A DNA stretch of 64,000 bases from Candidatus Latescibacterota bacterium (GCA_965116875.1 OZ220733.1:4096001-4160000); one strand, 5' to 3'; numbered from the stretch's first letter, positions 47,725 to 58,629 are shown. Numbers and translations are program-made. The notes: generated from the sequence alone by a model not told the origin.

Positions 47725-48753
47725 TCAGACGGCCGGCCCGGAACACATACGGCAGATGAGTTGCGTGAGCGTGGCGGCGGGTGCGCGAGAACGGGACTTC
47801 AGTCGATTGTCCGCGCTCAGGAGCGCTTCGAAGGCGTGCCACAGATTCTTTTCGTCAAAACGGGCGGCCTGGTCCAGGTAGCTGGAAACAAAGAACGGGG
47901 GAACCTTCAGCTTTCCCGCCATTTCGGATCGTGGCAGTCCAAAGCTCCTCAGCCAACGGGCCTTGCGAAGGATGCCTATGTGCCTGATGAGCATTGCGAC
48001 AATTGCCACCGGGCTGTCACCACGGTCCAGTAGGCGATGCAGAACGGCCAGGGCCTCGCCGGTTTTCCTCTGTCCCACGGCATCGGCGAGTTCGAATACC
48101 GTCGCGTTTCTTGAAGCGCCGGCCACCTGTATGACGTCGTCGCGCGTGATGGTATCGCGTTCACTGGTATAGATGGCCAGCTTTTCGAGTTCGCTGACGA
48201 GTTCGCCCGGATTCGGCCCCACGCCGAGGTGAAGCATGTGTGCGGCATCGGGTTCAATCCGCTTGTTCAGCGCAGCCGCCCTGCTTCGAATCCACTGCGG
48301 GAGTTCATTTTCGTAGGGCGGCTTGAATTCCACCGAAACGGCGTTCTTTCGCAATGCGGCGGACAGTTTCTTGCGGCCGTCCAGTTTGTCCACGGTAAAC
48401 ACAAGGACCGTGGTCTCAACGGGGTTATCGATCAGGGGCAGGAATGTACGTGCGTCGGCGTCCCGCAACCGTTCCAGGCGTTTGACCACCACAACGCGCC
48501 GCGCCGCCATCATCGGAAAGGCTGTTGCCCGGCTTACGGCGTCGGCCGCGTCCATGTCCTCGCCGTGAAAGATATCCAGGTTGAATGCGCTTGACGCAGG
48601 ATCGACGGCTGCGTCGAGAAGGGCTTTCAGACTTTCTTCCCTGGCGACGTTCTCAGACCCGTGCAGCAGATACAGCGGCGCGAATTCGCCCCGTTTGATC
48701 TGGGCGGTCAGCCTGTCGTGCGAGTTGCGGGATCTGGCTTTGGATTTGGCCAC
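47725..48753 (-). CDS. holA: DNA polymerase III subunit delta
   Basis: PLYLLHG.E, FN..IF.G, FPMMA.RRVVVV, ELEKLAIY, VFELADAV, ADNRLKS. Confidence 0.88.
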   Translation of the reverse strand: MAKSKARSRNSHDRLTAQIKRGEFAPLYLLHGSENVAREESLKALLDAAVDPASSAFNLDIFHGEDMDAADAVSRATAFPMMAARRVVVVKRLERLRDADARTFLPLIDNPVETTVLVFTVDKLDGRKKLSAALRKNAVSVEFKPPYENELPQWIRSRAAALNKRIEPDAAHMLHLGVGPNPGELVSELEKLAIYTSERDTITRDDVIQVAGASRNATVFELADAVGQRKTGEALAVLHRLLDRGDSPVAIVAMLIRHIGILRKARWLRSFGLPRSEMAGKLKVPPFFVSSYLDQAARFDEKNLWHAFEALLSADNRLKSRSRAPAATLTQLICRMCSGPAV

Positions 48754-48765
48754 GGTCGAGGTCTA

Positions 48766-48957
48766 TCAGCCGTCAAGGTCGCGGAATTCGGCGTCCGTGA
48801 CCCGATCCTTGTTGGTTTTCCATGATGGTTTCTTCCCGGTGGGGCGTGAACCGTCTCTTGTTGGAAAGATCCATCGAACCGAAGAGCGCAGAAGATCCCG
48901 AAGCACGCGGAATACAAGAACCAGCATCAGGCAGAAAAGGAAAATACGCAGCAACAT
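48766..48957 (-). CDS. Small hypothetical membrane-anchored protein
   Basis: Fills the purM-holA gap; hydrophobic N-terminus, C-terminal VTDAEFRDL. Confidence 0.6.
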   Translation of the reverse strand: MLLRIFLFCLMLVLVFRVLRDLLRSSVRWIFPTRDGSRPTGKKPSWKTNKDRVTDAEFRDLDG

Positions 48958-48969
48958 GGTGTACTCTCG

Positions 48970-50013
48970 CTATTGAATTTGAACACGTGACACCGGGTCG
49001 GTGACGACTTCACCCACAACGTAACCGTTCTCACCGCTTCGATTCAAATGCTCGACTGCCCTTTCAGCCTGACAGGACGGAACGACAAGCACGAGCCCCA
49101 GGCCCATATTGAACACGCGAAACATCTCGTCGGCATGAATGTCGCCGCCTACTCGCCGTAACAGGTTGAACACTGCCGGTTCGGGCCAGGTTCCACGGAA
49201 AATACGTGCGCCAAGTCCTTCCGGAAGGGTGCGGGGCAGGTTATCCAGGATGCCACCTCCGGTGATGTGCGCCATTCCCCGTACCGACACGGCTTCCATA
49301 AGGCCGAACACCGAAGATACGTAACTCTTGTGGGGGGCCAGCAGGGTCTCGCCAACGGTGCCGCCGAGTTCGTCCAGGTGTGTGTCGACGGACCATCCGG
49401 CGGTTTCGAACAGGAGTCTGCGCGCCAGTGAATATCCGTTGGTATGCAGGCCGCACGACGGCAGTCCGATGAGCTTGTCTCCCGGTTGCGCCCGGGAGCC
49501 ATCGATGATGTCTTCCCGGTTCACAATGCCGACGATCGTACCGGCAAGGTCGTATTCGCCCGCGGCGTAAAAATCGGGCATTTCCGCCATTTCGCCGCCC
49601 AGCAGTGCGCATCCGCACGCCTTGCATCCGTTTGCGATTCCGTCGATGACGGACTCGGCCACGGCTGTATCGTGTTTCCCCATGGCCAGGTAATCCATAA
49701 AGAAGAGCGGGCGGGCGCCCTGCACGAGAATGTCATTGGCGCAATGGGCAACAAGGTCGGCTCCGACCGTATTGTGGATGTCGGTCAGAAACGCAATCTT
49801 CAGCTTGGTGCCAACGCCATCCGTACCGGCCACGAGGACGGGGTCGCGGTACGCATCCCATTGGGGCGCAAAGAGGCCACCGAAACCGCCGATGTCGGCA
49901 AGTACTTCCGGGCCAAACGTCGACCGTACCGTTGCGGCGATACCTCTTTTGGTGCGGCCTGCGCTCTCAATATTCACGCCAGCGGCCGCGTATGCGTCTG
50001 ATTTTCCCGGCAT
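48970..50013 (-). CDS. purM: Phosphoribosylformylglycinamidine cyclo-ligase
   Basis: YAAAGVNI, GGFGGLF, TDGVGTK, GGEMAEMP, GLHTNGYSL, HITGGG, FNMG. Confidence 0.95.
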   Translation of the reverse strand: MPGKSDAYAAAGVNIESAGRTKRGIAATVRSTFGPEVLADIGGFGGLFAPQWDAYRDPVLVAGTDGVGTKLKIAFLTDIHNTVGADLVAHCANDILVQGARPLFFMDYLAMGKHDTAVAESVIDGIANGCKACGCALLGGEMAEMPDFYAAGEYDLAGTIVGIVNREDIIDGSRAQPGDKLIGLPSCGLHTNGYSLARRLLFETAGWSVDTHLDELGGTVGETLLAPHKSYVSSVFGLMEAVSVRGMAHITGGGILDNLPRTLPEGLGARIFRGTWPEPAVFNLLRRVGGDIHADEMFRVFNMGLGLVLVVPSCQAERAVEHLNRSGENGYVVGEVVTDPVSRVQIQ

Positions 50014-50960
50014 CAGACTTCCTCCCGGGCGTCGCAACCGGAAACAGAGGCGGAAACGATCTGTTCAGCGACCCGTACGGCCTGAACCGCCGCACCAACG
50101 TCGTGCACGCGAACGACGTGAGCCCCGGCCGCAGCGGAAAGACTCACGGCTGCGAGCGTGCCGAACAGCCGCGCCTCCGGCGGGAGATCCAGTGCCGCAC
50201 CGGTGAATTTCTTGCGTGACGGGCCCACCATCAACGGGCAGCCCAGGCCATGAAATTCGTCCAGTCGCGCAAGAATTTCAAAATTGTGGTCATTTCGTTT
50301 CCCAAATCCCAGACCCGGATCGATCAAAATGCGGCCGGGATCGATGCCCGCCTCTATGGCCGCGTTCCTGCGTTCATCGAGAAAATCGAAAATGTCGGGG
50401 ATCAGGTTACCGTACACCGGCCTGATCTGCATGGTCAGGGGCGTACCCTTCATATGCATGAGAACGACAGCGGCGCTCGATTGCGCGATCGTTGTGCCCA
50501 TGCGGGGGTCGAATCGCATGGCGCTGATATCGTTTACGATAGATGCGCCCAGCTGCAAGGCGATTTGCGCGACACCCGCCTTGGTCGTATCAATGGAAAT
50601 GATCAGGTCCGTTCTGGCAGCGACTTCTTCAATAACCGGCGCCGTACGCCGAATTTCCTCTTCCTCGGAAACGGGTTGGGCGCCCGCCCCGTAGGTTCCC
50701 GCCGGACGCGTGGATTCACCGCCCACGTCGATGATGTCCGCGCCTTCTTCAGCCATCAGAATTGCACGTTCGATGGCCTGCTGTCGCTCCAGATAACGTC
50801 CACCGTCGGCAAACGAATCGGGAGTCACGTTGAGAATCCCCATGACCCGGATCCGCGAGCCCAACTGGAGGATGTTTCCCCGGCAATCGAGTCGACGGGC
50901 GGGGGATCTCATGTATTGCATGCGAACACTGGAAAAGCAAAGGGGATGGCAAAAAGACAC
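50013..50960 (-). CDS. folP: Dihydropteroate synthase (start may be near 50912)
   Basis: MGILNVTPDSF.DGG, GGESTRP, DPGLGFGK, SRK, RVHDV. Confidence 0.95.
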   Translation of the reverse strand: MSFCHPLCFSSVRMQYMRSPARRLDCRGNILQLGSRIRVMGILNVTPDSFADGGRYLERQQAIERAILMAEEGADIIDVGGESTRPAGTYGAGAQPVSEEEEIRRTAPVIEEVAARTDLIISIDTTKAGVAQIALQLGASIVNDISAMRFDPRMGTTIAQSSAAVVLMHMKGTPLTMQIRPVYGNLIPDIFDFLDERRNAAIEAGIDPGRILIDPGLGFGKRNDHNFEILARLDEFHGLGCPLMVGPSRKKFTGAALDLPPEARLFGTLAAVSLSAAAGAHVVRVHDVGAAVQAVRVAEQIVSASVSGCDAREEV

Positions 50961-50999
50961 GGCGTTTTACCATCCCCGGATATCACTCGAGTACTGCGG

Positions 51000-53147
51000 T
51001 TAATCGTCGTCCTCGGAAGTTTCTCTTGATTCGGCCGTCGTTTCCTCCGAGGAGGGCGTCTCCGGTTGCTCAACATCGTCGGGGGCATCCTGTTTGGTCC
51101 GACCGTTCTGAGATTCGGGCGGTTCCGGCGGTTTCTGTAGCTTCTCTCCGGCAAGAATGCGGTCGAGTTGGGAGTCGTCCAGTACCTCGAACTCCAGAAG
51201 CGCGTCGGCCAGAACGTGGACCTGTGCGATATTCTCCCGCAGCAGGCTTTCCGCCCGTTCCTCCGCGGTGAGGACGAAGTTGCGGATTTCATCGTCAATC
51301 ACCTGCGCGACTTTTTCGCTGAAGTCCCTGCGCTGGGCGATCTCGCGACCGAGGAAGACCTCGTCCTGCCTGTTGCCGTACGAAACGGGCCCCAGTTTCT
51401 CGCTCATACCCCAGTCACACACCATCCGGCGCGCCAGGTCGGTGGCCATCTTGTAGTCCTGCTGCCCGCCGCTTGAGACTTCCCCGAAGACGATTTTTTC
51501 CGCCACTCTGCCACCCAATGCGTACGTGAGGACGGCGTCGCTGTAGCTCCTGGAATAGTTGTGGCGTTCGTCGATGGGCAGATACGTGGTGAGCCCCAAT
51601 GACTGGCCTCGGGGGATGATGGTTACCTTGTGGACCGGATCGGACTCCGGAACGAGCTTGGCCACCAGTGCGTGACCGATTTCGTGATATGCCGTGCGTT
51701 TCTTCTCAGAGTCGGAGATGACCAGGCTGCGCCTTTCCACACCCATGATGACCTTGTCCTTGGCGTTCTCGAAGTCCTCCATGATCACGGAGGTCCGGTC
51801 GTACCTGGAGGCGAGCAATGCAGCCTCGTTGACCAGATTTTCAAGGTCGGCCTGGGTAAAGCCGGGCGTCGCCCGCGCAAGTACGGTCAGATCCACGTTC
51901 TTGTCCAACGGGGTATTGCGGATATGTACCTTCAGCACGCCCTCCCGGCCCTTGACGTCGGGCCGGTCCACAACAACCTGACGGTCGAAGCGGCCGGGTC
52001 GCAGAAGCGCCGGATCGAGGACGTCGGGGCGGTTTGTGGCCGCGATGAGGATTACCCCCTCCTTGGAGTCGAATCCGTCCATTTCCACCAGCAACTGGTT
52101 GAGCGTCTGCTCTCGTTCGTCGTGGCCTCCGCCGATGCCTGCGCCGCGGTGCCGGCCTACGGCGTCGATTTCGTCGATGAAAATGATGCACGGCGCATTG
52201 GCCTTTCCCTGCTCGAACAGGTCACGCACGCGGGACGCGCCGACACCCACGAACATTTCCACGAAGTCTGATCCGCTCATGCTGTAGAATGGAACGCCGG
52301 CCTCGCCGGCCACCGCCTTGGCCATGTACGTCTTGCCCGTGCCAGGCGGTCCCACCAGGAGGACCCCCTTCGGGATTCGTCCGCCAAGCCGCTGGAACTT
52401 GCGGGGGTCTTTGAGGTACTCGATAATCTCCTGCAGTTCCTGCTTGGCCTCGTCGGATCCGGCAACGTCTTTGAACGTGACTTTCGGGCGGTCTTCCGAA
52501 ACCAGCTTGGCCCTGCTCTTGCCGAAGCTGAACGCGCCTTTCGGGCCTCCCTGCATCTGGCGGAAGATGAACAGCCACAGGCCGACAAAGAGAAGCCACG
52601 GCAGGAAATTGAAGAAGACCTTCAGCCAGTCGAAGGGCTTTTCCTGGAACCGGAAGTCGATTTCGTATTTTTCCCAGTCTGCTATTGCGTCTTCGCCGAT
52701 GACCCCCAGGTTGACGACGAAGGTCCTGTATGCCTGCTGACCGCCACGGCTGGTCGTATATTCGGGTTCGATCAACGTGCCGTGAAAATCGCTGTCTATG
52801 ATGACGGCGCTTTCGATCTTTCCCTGTTTCATCAGGGTGCGGTATTCCTTGTAGCTGATCACGACGTCGCCCGAGCCGGAACTGCTCCCGAAGAACCGTG
52901 TGGCAAAGAGCGCGACCAATACGAAAAAGACCCAGAACGCAAGTGTCTTTGATCGTCGACGCCATTCACCGCCGTCGTTTTCGGGAGAGGCCCCGGGCTG
53001 GCGGTTCTGCCGCGGCCGCGGTCGGTTCCGGGGCGGCTCGGGCGCGTCGCGGTCTGCGTCGGACTCAGGCTTCAACTCCGGAACGGGCGGTTGTTGCTCC
53101 TTTTGCCCTGCGTCCGGAGTTTCTTCCTGTTCTTTGTGTTCTGCCAT
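51000..53147 (-). CDS. ftsH: ATP-dependent zinc metalloprotease FtsH
   Basis: Two TM helices, [38 protein letters not shown]. Confidence 0.97.
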   Translation of the reverse strand: MAEHKEQEETPDAGQKEQQPPVPELKPESDADRDAPEPPRNRPRPRQNRQPGASPENDGGEWRRRSKTLAFWVFFVLVALFATRFFGSSSGSGDVVISYKEYRTLMKQGKIESAVIIDSDFHGTLIEPEYTTSRGGQQAYRTFVVNLGVIGEDAIADWEKYEIDFRFQEKPFDWLKVFFNFLPWLLFVGLWLFIFRQMQGGPKGAFSFGKSRAKLVSEDRPKVTFKDVAGSDEAKQELQEIIEYLKDPRKFQRLGGRIPKGVLLVGPPGTGKTYMAKAVAGEAGVPFYSMSGSDFVEMFVGVGASRVRDLFEQGKANAPCIIFIDEIDAVGRHRGAGIGGGHDEREQTLNQLLVEMDGFDSKEGVILIAATNRPDVLDPALLRPGRFDRQVVVDRPDVKGREGVLKVHIRNTPLDKNVDLTVLARATPGFTQADLENLVNEAALLASRYDRTSVIMEDFENAKDKVIMGVERRSLVISDSEKKRTAYHEIGHALVAKLVPESDPVHKVTIIPRGQSLGLTTYLPIDERHNYSRSYSDAVLTYALGGRVAEKIVFGEVSSGGQQDYKMATDLARRMVCDWGMSEKLGPVSYGNRQDEVFLGREIAQRRDFSEKVAQVIDDEIRNFVLTAEERAESLLRENIAQVHVLADALLEFEVLDDSQLDRILAGEKLQKPPEPPESQNGRTKQDAPDDVEQPETPSSEETTAESRETSEDDD

Positions 53148-53164
53148 AAAAACCGCCTTGACAA

Positions 53165-54595
53165 TTATGCTTGCGAGGAGGTGACTTGCTCTCCCCAGCC
53201 ACCCCTGAAGGTGACTTCCAGCACCGTACTCGTACGATGCGTAACGGCCGCGAACCGGGCCGTACGCAAGCCGACCACCCAGAGGATGGCCTGCCCCCCC
53301 AGAAGCAGCGGGACTTCATCGCGCAGCGGTCTGGGGATCTTGAGGTTGATCAACAGGTCGCTTACCTTTTGTGTTCCGGACATTCCCAACGGCGCGAAAC
53401 GATCGGCACGCAGCCGGTTTCTGAGCGTCAGGCAGCCGCCGATCGCATCCAGATCGAAACAGGCGCGAAATGGATCGGACGACAGTTCGTCCTTTTGCAC
53501 GTCGCCGGCCGGCCTGAGCTTCGTCTCGACAGACGCACCGATTTCCGGAATCTCGGTGACGCCCGGAACGGCCACGTCGGTCTCGAACGCCGGCGTTGGG
53601 CGACTCAGGATCAGCCATGGACTCGAAAGATGAACGGAAATATCGGCAGACACCTGAACCGAACCGGCAGGCGCCAGACGCAGGCCTTCCATCCGGCCGA
53701 CGCCCTTCTCATCGAGGTCTCGGGCGCCGCCTCGAAGCTGAAAAAATGCGGTTCTGAACAACCTGCGCTGAAGTGCTATATGATAACCGAAAACGGCGTT
53801 TTCATCAAGGATTATTTTTCGTTTGCCCTCGTAACGCAGGGCCTTGCGGTATGCGGATTCAGCCTGCTGGCCAAGCAGTTGATCCTCACCCTGGATGATC
53901 TCCGCGGACCTTGCAAGGACCGCCTCGATCGAGGGGTTGTAATCCGATGCGATCTCCGGCAGAAGACGATGCCGGATCCGGTTCCGGAGGAAGCGGGTGT
54001 CCCTGTTGGAATCGTCGTGACGCACGTGCAGGTTCCGATGTGTAACGTATTCCTGTATCTGTTGCCGGGAGATCCCGAGGAGCGGGCGGATCCAGATCCC
54101 GTCGCGGACCGGTCTGATTCCGCCGAGCCCGGTCGTACCGGCGCCGCGAATCAGCCGCATCAGTACGGTTTCGGCCTGATCGCTGCGTGAATGACCCAGC
54201 GCGACGCGGGAAGCGCCGGTGTTTCGCAGGACGCGTTCGAAGAAAGCGAGTCGGGCGTCTCGCGCCGCTTCCTCAGGAGAGCCCCCGCCGGGCAGGGTCG
54301 CTCTTTCGGAAAAGCACGGAAGATCCATCGATGCGGCGAGATCCGATACGAACTGCTGGTCCTCATCCGAAGCCAAACCCCGCAGTTGATGGTTGAGGTG
54401 GGCAACGAAGAGCCGGAGGTCGAGGGAAATGCGAAGCCGTGACAGCAGATCCAGCAGTGAGACCGAGTCCGGCCCTCCGGATACGCCGATGACAATCCCA
54501 TCGCCCGGCCGGATCATGCCGTGCCTGTCAATATACGACTTCACGGCAGGAAACAGGTCGGATGTCGGGGAACTGGCGCCGGAACCCGGTTTCAT
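53165..54595 (-). CDS. tilS: tRNA(Ile)-lysidine synthetase
   Basis: [35 protein letters not shown]; upstream of ftsH. Confidence 0.95.
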   Translation of the reverse strand: MKPGSGASSPTSDLFPAVKSYIDRHGMIRPGDGIVIGVSGGPDSVSLLDLLSRLRISLDLRLFVAHLNHQLRGLASDEDQQFVSDLAASMDLPCFSERATLPGGGSPEEAARDARLAFFERVLRNTGASRVALGHSRSDQAETVLMRLIRGAGTTGLGGIRPVRDGIWIRPLLGISRQQIQEYVTHRNLHVRHDDSNRDTRFLRNRIRHRLLPEIASDYNPSIEAVLARSAEIIQGEDQLLGQQAESAYRKALRYEGKRKIILDENAVFGYHIALQRRLFRTAFFQLRGGARDLDEKGVGRMEGLRLAPAGSVQVSADISVHLSSPWLILSRPTPAFETDVAVPGVTEIPEIGASVETKLRPAGDVQKDELSSDPFRACFDLDAIGGCLTLRNRLRADRFAPLGMSGTQKVSDLLINLKIPRPLRDEVPLLLGGQAILWVVGLRTARFAAVTHRTSTVLEVTFRGGWGEQVTSSQA

Positions 54596-54939
54596 GAGTG
54601 GATTATCCGTTCTTGCCGAGACCATCAGGATTGTCCTGTTTCACTTTGACGGAGACTTCACTGGCGGTGACCGCTGTCCGCCTCTCTGAAGAGGCGACCG
54701 GTCTTTCGGATTTCCCGCGGCTGGATGCTGAAGGCGTAGCGCGCAGCGATTGGCGCCTTCGGCTGTGTGGCGATTTTCATGTCGGACGATGTCTCACGGT
54801 CGGGCTGGCTATTCGACGCTTGAGTATCCGGTTCGGTTTCTGAAAACCGGCTTCATCTGATCGAATTAAACACCTGATTATCAATTATATAGCCCGTTGG
54901 GACAGAAAACAGTCCAAGCGCGGCGTCCAGGCAGCATAA

Positions 54940-54971
54940 GAAAAAACACGCCGGTAGCAGCGTGTTTTTTC
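54940..54971. terminator. Bidirectional intrinsic terminator closing the redoxin operon
   Basis: GAAAAAACACGC-CGGTAGCA-GCGTGTTTTTTC. Confidence 0.8.
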
Positions 54972-54995
54972 TGTTCCGATTTACCCTGCCTGAAC

Positions 54996-55973
54996 TTATG
55001 GCACGCTCTTGCCGAAGTTCTTGGCGAATTCAAGAAAATCCGTGAAGTCGACCAGGCCGTTTCCATCCAGGTCGAAGGTCGGGTTGTCGGTGCTGAAGGC
55101 CTGGGCGAAGGCGACGAAGTCGCTGAATCCGATTTGTCCGTCATGGTCGAAGTCGGCCCGGGGATTGAGGGGTACAACGATGACCGCTCCGGAAACAGCG
55201 AGCGTGATGCTTCTGTTTTCCGGATCGTCGCTCAGGATTGTCAGGTTGCCGGAGAAGGGTCCGGATTCCGCCGGAGTGAATGTGATCGCCACTCTCGCGC
55301 TGTCTCCTGCCGCGACCGTTACCTCGGTCGTGTTAATAGAGATTTCCTCGAGATCGGATTGAATGTTGCTGATCGTGAGCGATTCTCCTCCGGTATTGTA
55401 CACGACCAGGGTGAGCGTTTTGGATACTCCGGCTGAAACGTCCTCGCCAAAGTCGAGTGAAGGTTTCGAAAGATCGATCGCCGGCGGCGGAACGCTCAGC
55501 AGTTCCCGGATACGCGCGGCCGTTGCGGTGATTGACGCAGGTTTTCGTATCCCGATGTGACGGATAATGCCCTTGCGGTCCACGACAAGCGTATGGTCAA
55601 CGCCGAGAGTTCTCGGAAACGCGCGGCCGGCCCGGAGGAGAAGCGGGAACGTGACACCGGTGACTCTTTGAAAGTCCCGCAGTTCCGATTTGCTGCCATT
55701 GTAGACGTCGAGTCCCAGAACCGTCAGGCTGTCATCCTGGAACGCCCTCCAAATCTGTCTTTCTATAGACGGACCCGTCTGTCTGCACAGGTCTCAGTTA
55801 TGGCCCAGGTAGTAGAGCACGAAGACGCGCCCCATGTAATCTGCGGGCGTGTAGGTCTTGTCATCCAACCCCGTGAGCGAGAAGGTCGGTACTGTGTCGC
55901 CGACCTTCTGAGCCCGTGCAGACGCAGGCGCGAAGAGTCCCAGAATCACTGCGGCAATCAAGGGTCGGTACAT
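54996..55973 (-). CDS. Secreted putative selenoprotein B: redoxin (UDLC) + Ig-like domain + dockerin/EF-hand-like tail, 325 aa; TGA at 55796-55794 (codon 60)
   Basis: RBS gaaagagg; signal peptide MYRPLIAAVILGLFAPASARA-Q; VGDTVPTFSLTGLDDK...VLYYLGHN-TGA-DLC; frame open on both sides of the TGA. Confidence 0.85.
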
Positions 55974-56027
55974 GGGATACCTCTTTCAGGAAGGGAAAGT
56001 CCTGCGGGTGTATACGCCCGGGGAAAC

Positions 56028-57011
56028 TCATGGCACGCTCTTGCCGAAGTTCTTGGCGAATTCGAGGAAGTCCGGGAAGTCGACTACGCCGTTCCCATTC
56101 AGGTCGAAGGTCGGGTTGTCGGTGCTGAAGGCCTGGGCGAAGGCGACGAAGTCGCTGAATCCGATTTGTCCGTCATTGTCGAAGTCCGCCCGGGGATTGA
56201 CCGGGACTACGATGGCGGTTCCGGAAATCGCGACGGTAACGGTGCCCTTCTCCGGGTCGTCGCTGGAAATGGTAATCGTCCCGGAAAACGGACCGCCCTC
56301 CGTGGGCGTAAAGGTGATGTCGACGGTAGCGCTGTCGCCCGGTGCGACCGTAAGTTCCGTCATGCTGAACGTGACGCCCTCCAGGTCGGACTCCAGGTTC
56401 GTAATGCTGAGGTCCTCCCCTCCCGTATTCTTCACGACGAGGGTTACGGTCCTGGTTTCGCCGGCCGGAACGTCCTGGCCGAAGTCGAGCGAAGTACCTG
56501 GAACATCGATTGCCGGCGGCTGAACGGTCAGCAATTCCCGGACGCTCGCCGCCGCTGCGCTGAGACCGGAAGCGCCGCGCCCGATGTGACGGACAATCCC
56601 TTCGCGGTCCGCGACCAGCAGAGTGTGGGTCCCGTGAGATCCCCTGATATTGCCTGCCTGAAGCAGGAGGGGAAACGAGATCGTGGACACGGACTGAAAA
56701 TTCCTGAGCTGAGCCTGACTGCCATTGTAGATGTCAAGTCCCAGGACCGCAAAGCCGTCATCATCCTGGAACGCCTTCCAGATCTGTTGTTCTATGGACG
56801 GACCCGCCGCCCGGCAGGTCGGTCAGTTATGGCCCAGGTAGTAAAGAGCCAGAACACTTCCCTCATAATTCGCGGAGGCATAGGTTTTGCCGTCCAGCCC
56901 CGTAAGCGAAAACGTTGGTACCGCGTCACCGACGTTCTGGGCTTCCGCGGGCCCGCCCGGGCAAAACCCCAGGACCAGCAGGAACACGACGCAGGCAGCG
57001 ATTCGACCCAT
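56028..57011 (-). CDS. Secreted putative selenoprotein A: redoxin (UPTC) + Ig-like domain + dockerin/EF-hand-like tail, 327 aa; TGA at 56825-56823 (codon 63)
   Basis: RBS aaaggagg; signal peptide ending AEA-Q; VGDAVPTFSLTGLDGK...ALYYLGHN-TGA-PTC; ORFs 56823-57011 and 56028-56690 share a frame with no other stop. Confidence 0.85.
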
Positions 57012-57045
57012 TGCAATCCTCCTTTGAGATGGTGTGTGGTCTGCG

Positions 57046-58629
57046 TCAGAAATAGGTCTTCAGACGCATTTCAAGGCCATTGAACGGCAACACGAGATAG
57101 CATGTCCCGGATGTGCACGCGGCGCCGCCTCGCCTGCGGCCGGCGAATACGAAGGCTTCGTATCGATCGAGAAAGGCGACGTTCAGGTTGACCGACAGCC
57201 AGGAACGAGCCCCGGTCTCGACCCGGTCCGGCGTTGCGCCGTCATCCACTTCGAATGGATCGTTGGTGCGATCCAGTATGACTGCGGCGCCCACACCCGA
57301 GGGATGCTGGAAGGAAAACTGGGTAAAGACGTCCTGGAACACCGGCTGGTTTCGGGGCTGCCTGGCCGCGCGCCGGACCTGCAGATCGAAACCCAGGACA
57401 GACCCTCCGGGTGTAATGGATTCGACCCCCACACCGCCGATCCGGTGCATTCCGATTCCCTTCAGTTCGTCTTTTCCCCAATCAAAAAAGACGGTAGACG
57501 TCAAGCTGTGCCCGCCGGGCTGCCGAGGCAGTTCAACGTCCACGCCCAGATACCGCTCGTTGAACGTCGTTGAAAAGCCGGGCGCCAGTTCGTTCTCTCC
57601 CTTGCTGACGTTTGCCGTCAGCGTGCCCAGTCCGAAAATCGAATACGTTGCTTCCACCTGGTAGCCCGTTTCAGCATCGGCAATCAGGGCATGCGTGGAC
57701 CGGTTGAGCAGGACGGCCGCGTGTTCGCGGACCAGGGACGGGGGATCGTTGAAGCTGTAGGCGAATTTCTCATAGTCCTTGTATTCCAGGCTCAATCCCA
57801 GATTGGAAATGCCGGCGTTGGCCGAAAGATACAGAGCGCTGCCGTCCACGTGCGCGTCAATCAGCCCGGCGTATTCGGCGTAGACGGTCGCATAGCCGTC
57901 CGGAAAGCCCGATGCTTCAATTGCGGGCGTGACGTCGAATTCCAGAAAACCCGACCACGTTCGCGTGGAGTCAATCCTGGCGGCGTGATGGCTTACGGCC
58001 GTGACGCCGGCCTTGATCCGGCTCGTCGGTCGCAGCGAGACTTCCCCTCCGAGAAGCCAGTTTTCACGCCGTGGTACGTCCCGCAGAGGATCACCCACCC
58101 GCACCGCCGGCGGGATGTCGCTTAATACTGGACGGCCGATCAGGGCTTTTGCCTCGGCCCGGGGACCCGCCCAGGTGGCCATGCCGCCCTCGAGGTCTCG
58201 GGACGGCGAATAGCGGCGCCGGTATTGTCCGCTCTCCAGAACGACGCCAGGCAGATCGAAGGCCCTGAGCGTGATGCCGCGACCCAGGATGGCGTAGTAG
58301 TTGCCCGCAACCAGCTCGACCGGTCCCTGCGACCAGCGCAGGTGCTTCTGGGAAACATGCACGACCTGGTATTCAACCTGCGACAGCGGCGAGCCGGGAG
58401 CGGTGTTGCGCCATGCATTGAAAATCTCTGCCCGTAGTCCGGCCTGAAGACCGTGCCGCGTGTAATCGACGTCGAACTGCTCATAAAGTGACGAAACCGC
58501 CAGCGAGTCCGAGCCCGGGACGCGTCCCCGCTGGATTTCGGTCAGGCTGGATACGGTCACCTGCGCGACGACAGGCTTCGACGTCGCCAGCAGAAGGAGC
58601 ATTATCAGGCTATTGGTCAGCGCTCGCAT
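57046..58629 (-). CDS. Outer-membrane beta-barrel-like protein with C-terminal CxxGxC (DUF6029-like)
   Basis: Signal peptide ending VVA-Q; AGNYYAILGRGITLR, LEYKDY, PPSLVREH, GGAACTSGTC, terminal LEMRLKTYF. Confidence 0.75.
   Translation of the reverse strand: MRALTNSLIMLLLLATSKPVVAQVTVSSLTEIQRGRVPGSDSLAVSSLYEQFDVDYTRHGLQAGLRAEIFNAWRNTAPGSPLSQVEYQVVHVSQKHLRWSQGPVELVAGNYYAILGRGITLRAFDLPGVVLESGQYRRRYSPSRDLEGGMATWAGPRAEAKALIGRPVLSDIPPAVRVGDPLRDVPRRENWLLGGEVSLRPTSRIKAGVTAVSHHAARIDSTRTWSGFLEFDVTPAIEASGFPDGYATVYAEYAGLIDAHVDGSALYLSANAGISNLGLSLEYKDYEKFAYSFNDPPSLVREHAAVLLNRSTHALIADAETGYQVEATYSIFGLGTLTANVSKGENELAPGFSTTFNERYLGVDVELPRQPGGHSLTSTVFFDWGKDELKGIGMHRIGGVGVESITPGGSVLGFDLQVRRAARQPRNQPVFQDVFTQFSFQHPSGVGAAVILDRTNDPFEVDDGATPDRVETGARSWLSVNLNVAFLDRYEAFVFAGRRRGGAACTSGTCYLVLPFNGLEMRLKTYF

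Noticed and set aside
51000-54595. No hpt between tilS and ftsH
   Set aside because: Common variation of this housekeeping block; no remnant seen in the 17-bp gap
54996-57011. TGA read as Trp/Gly (alternative genetic code), or both genes being pseudogenes
   Set aside because: Many ordinary genes here end in TGA (e.g. 4139, 7736, 14916, 17147) and Trp is TGG. The TGA falls at the same CxxC-equivalent codon in two diverged paralogs with no other lesions.
55557-57083. 508-aa + strand ORF with an internal repeat
   Set aside because: Antisense shadow of the two tandem redoxin genes; its repeat mirrors their duplication and it has no recognisable motifs
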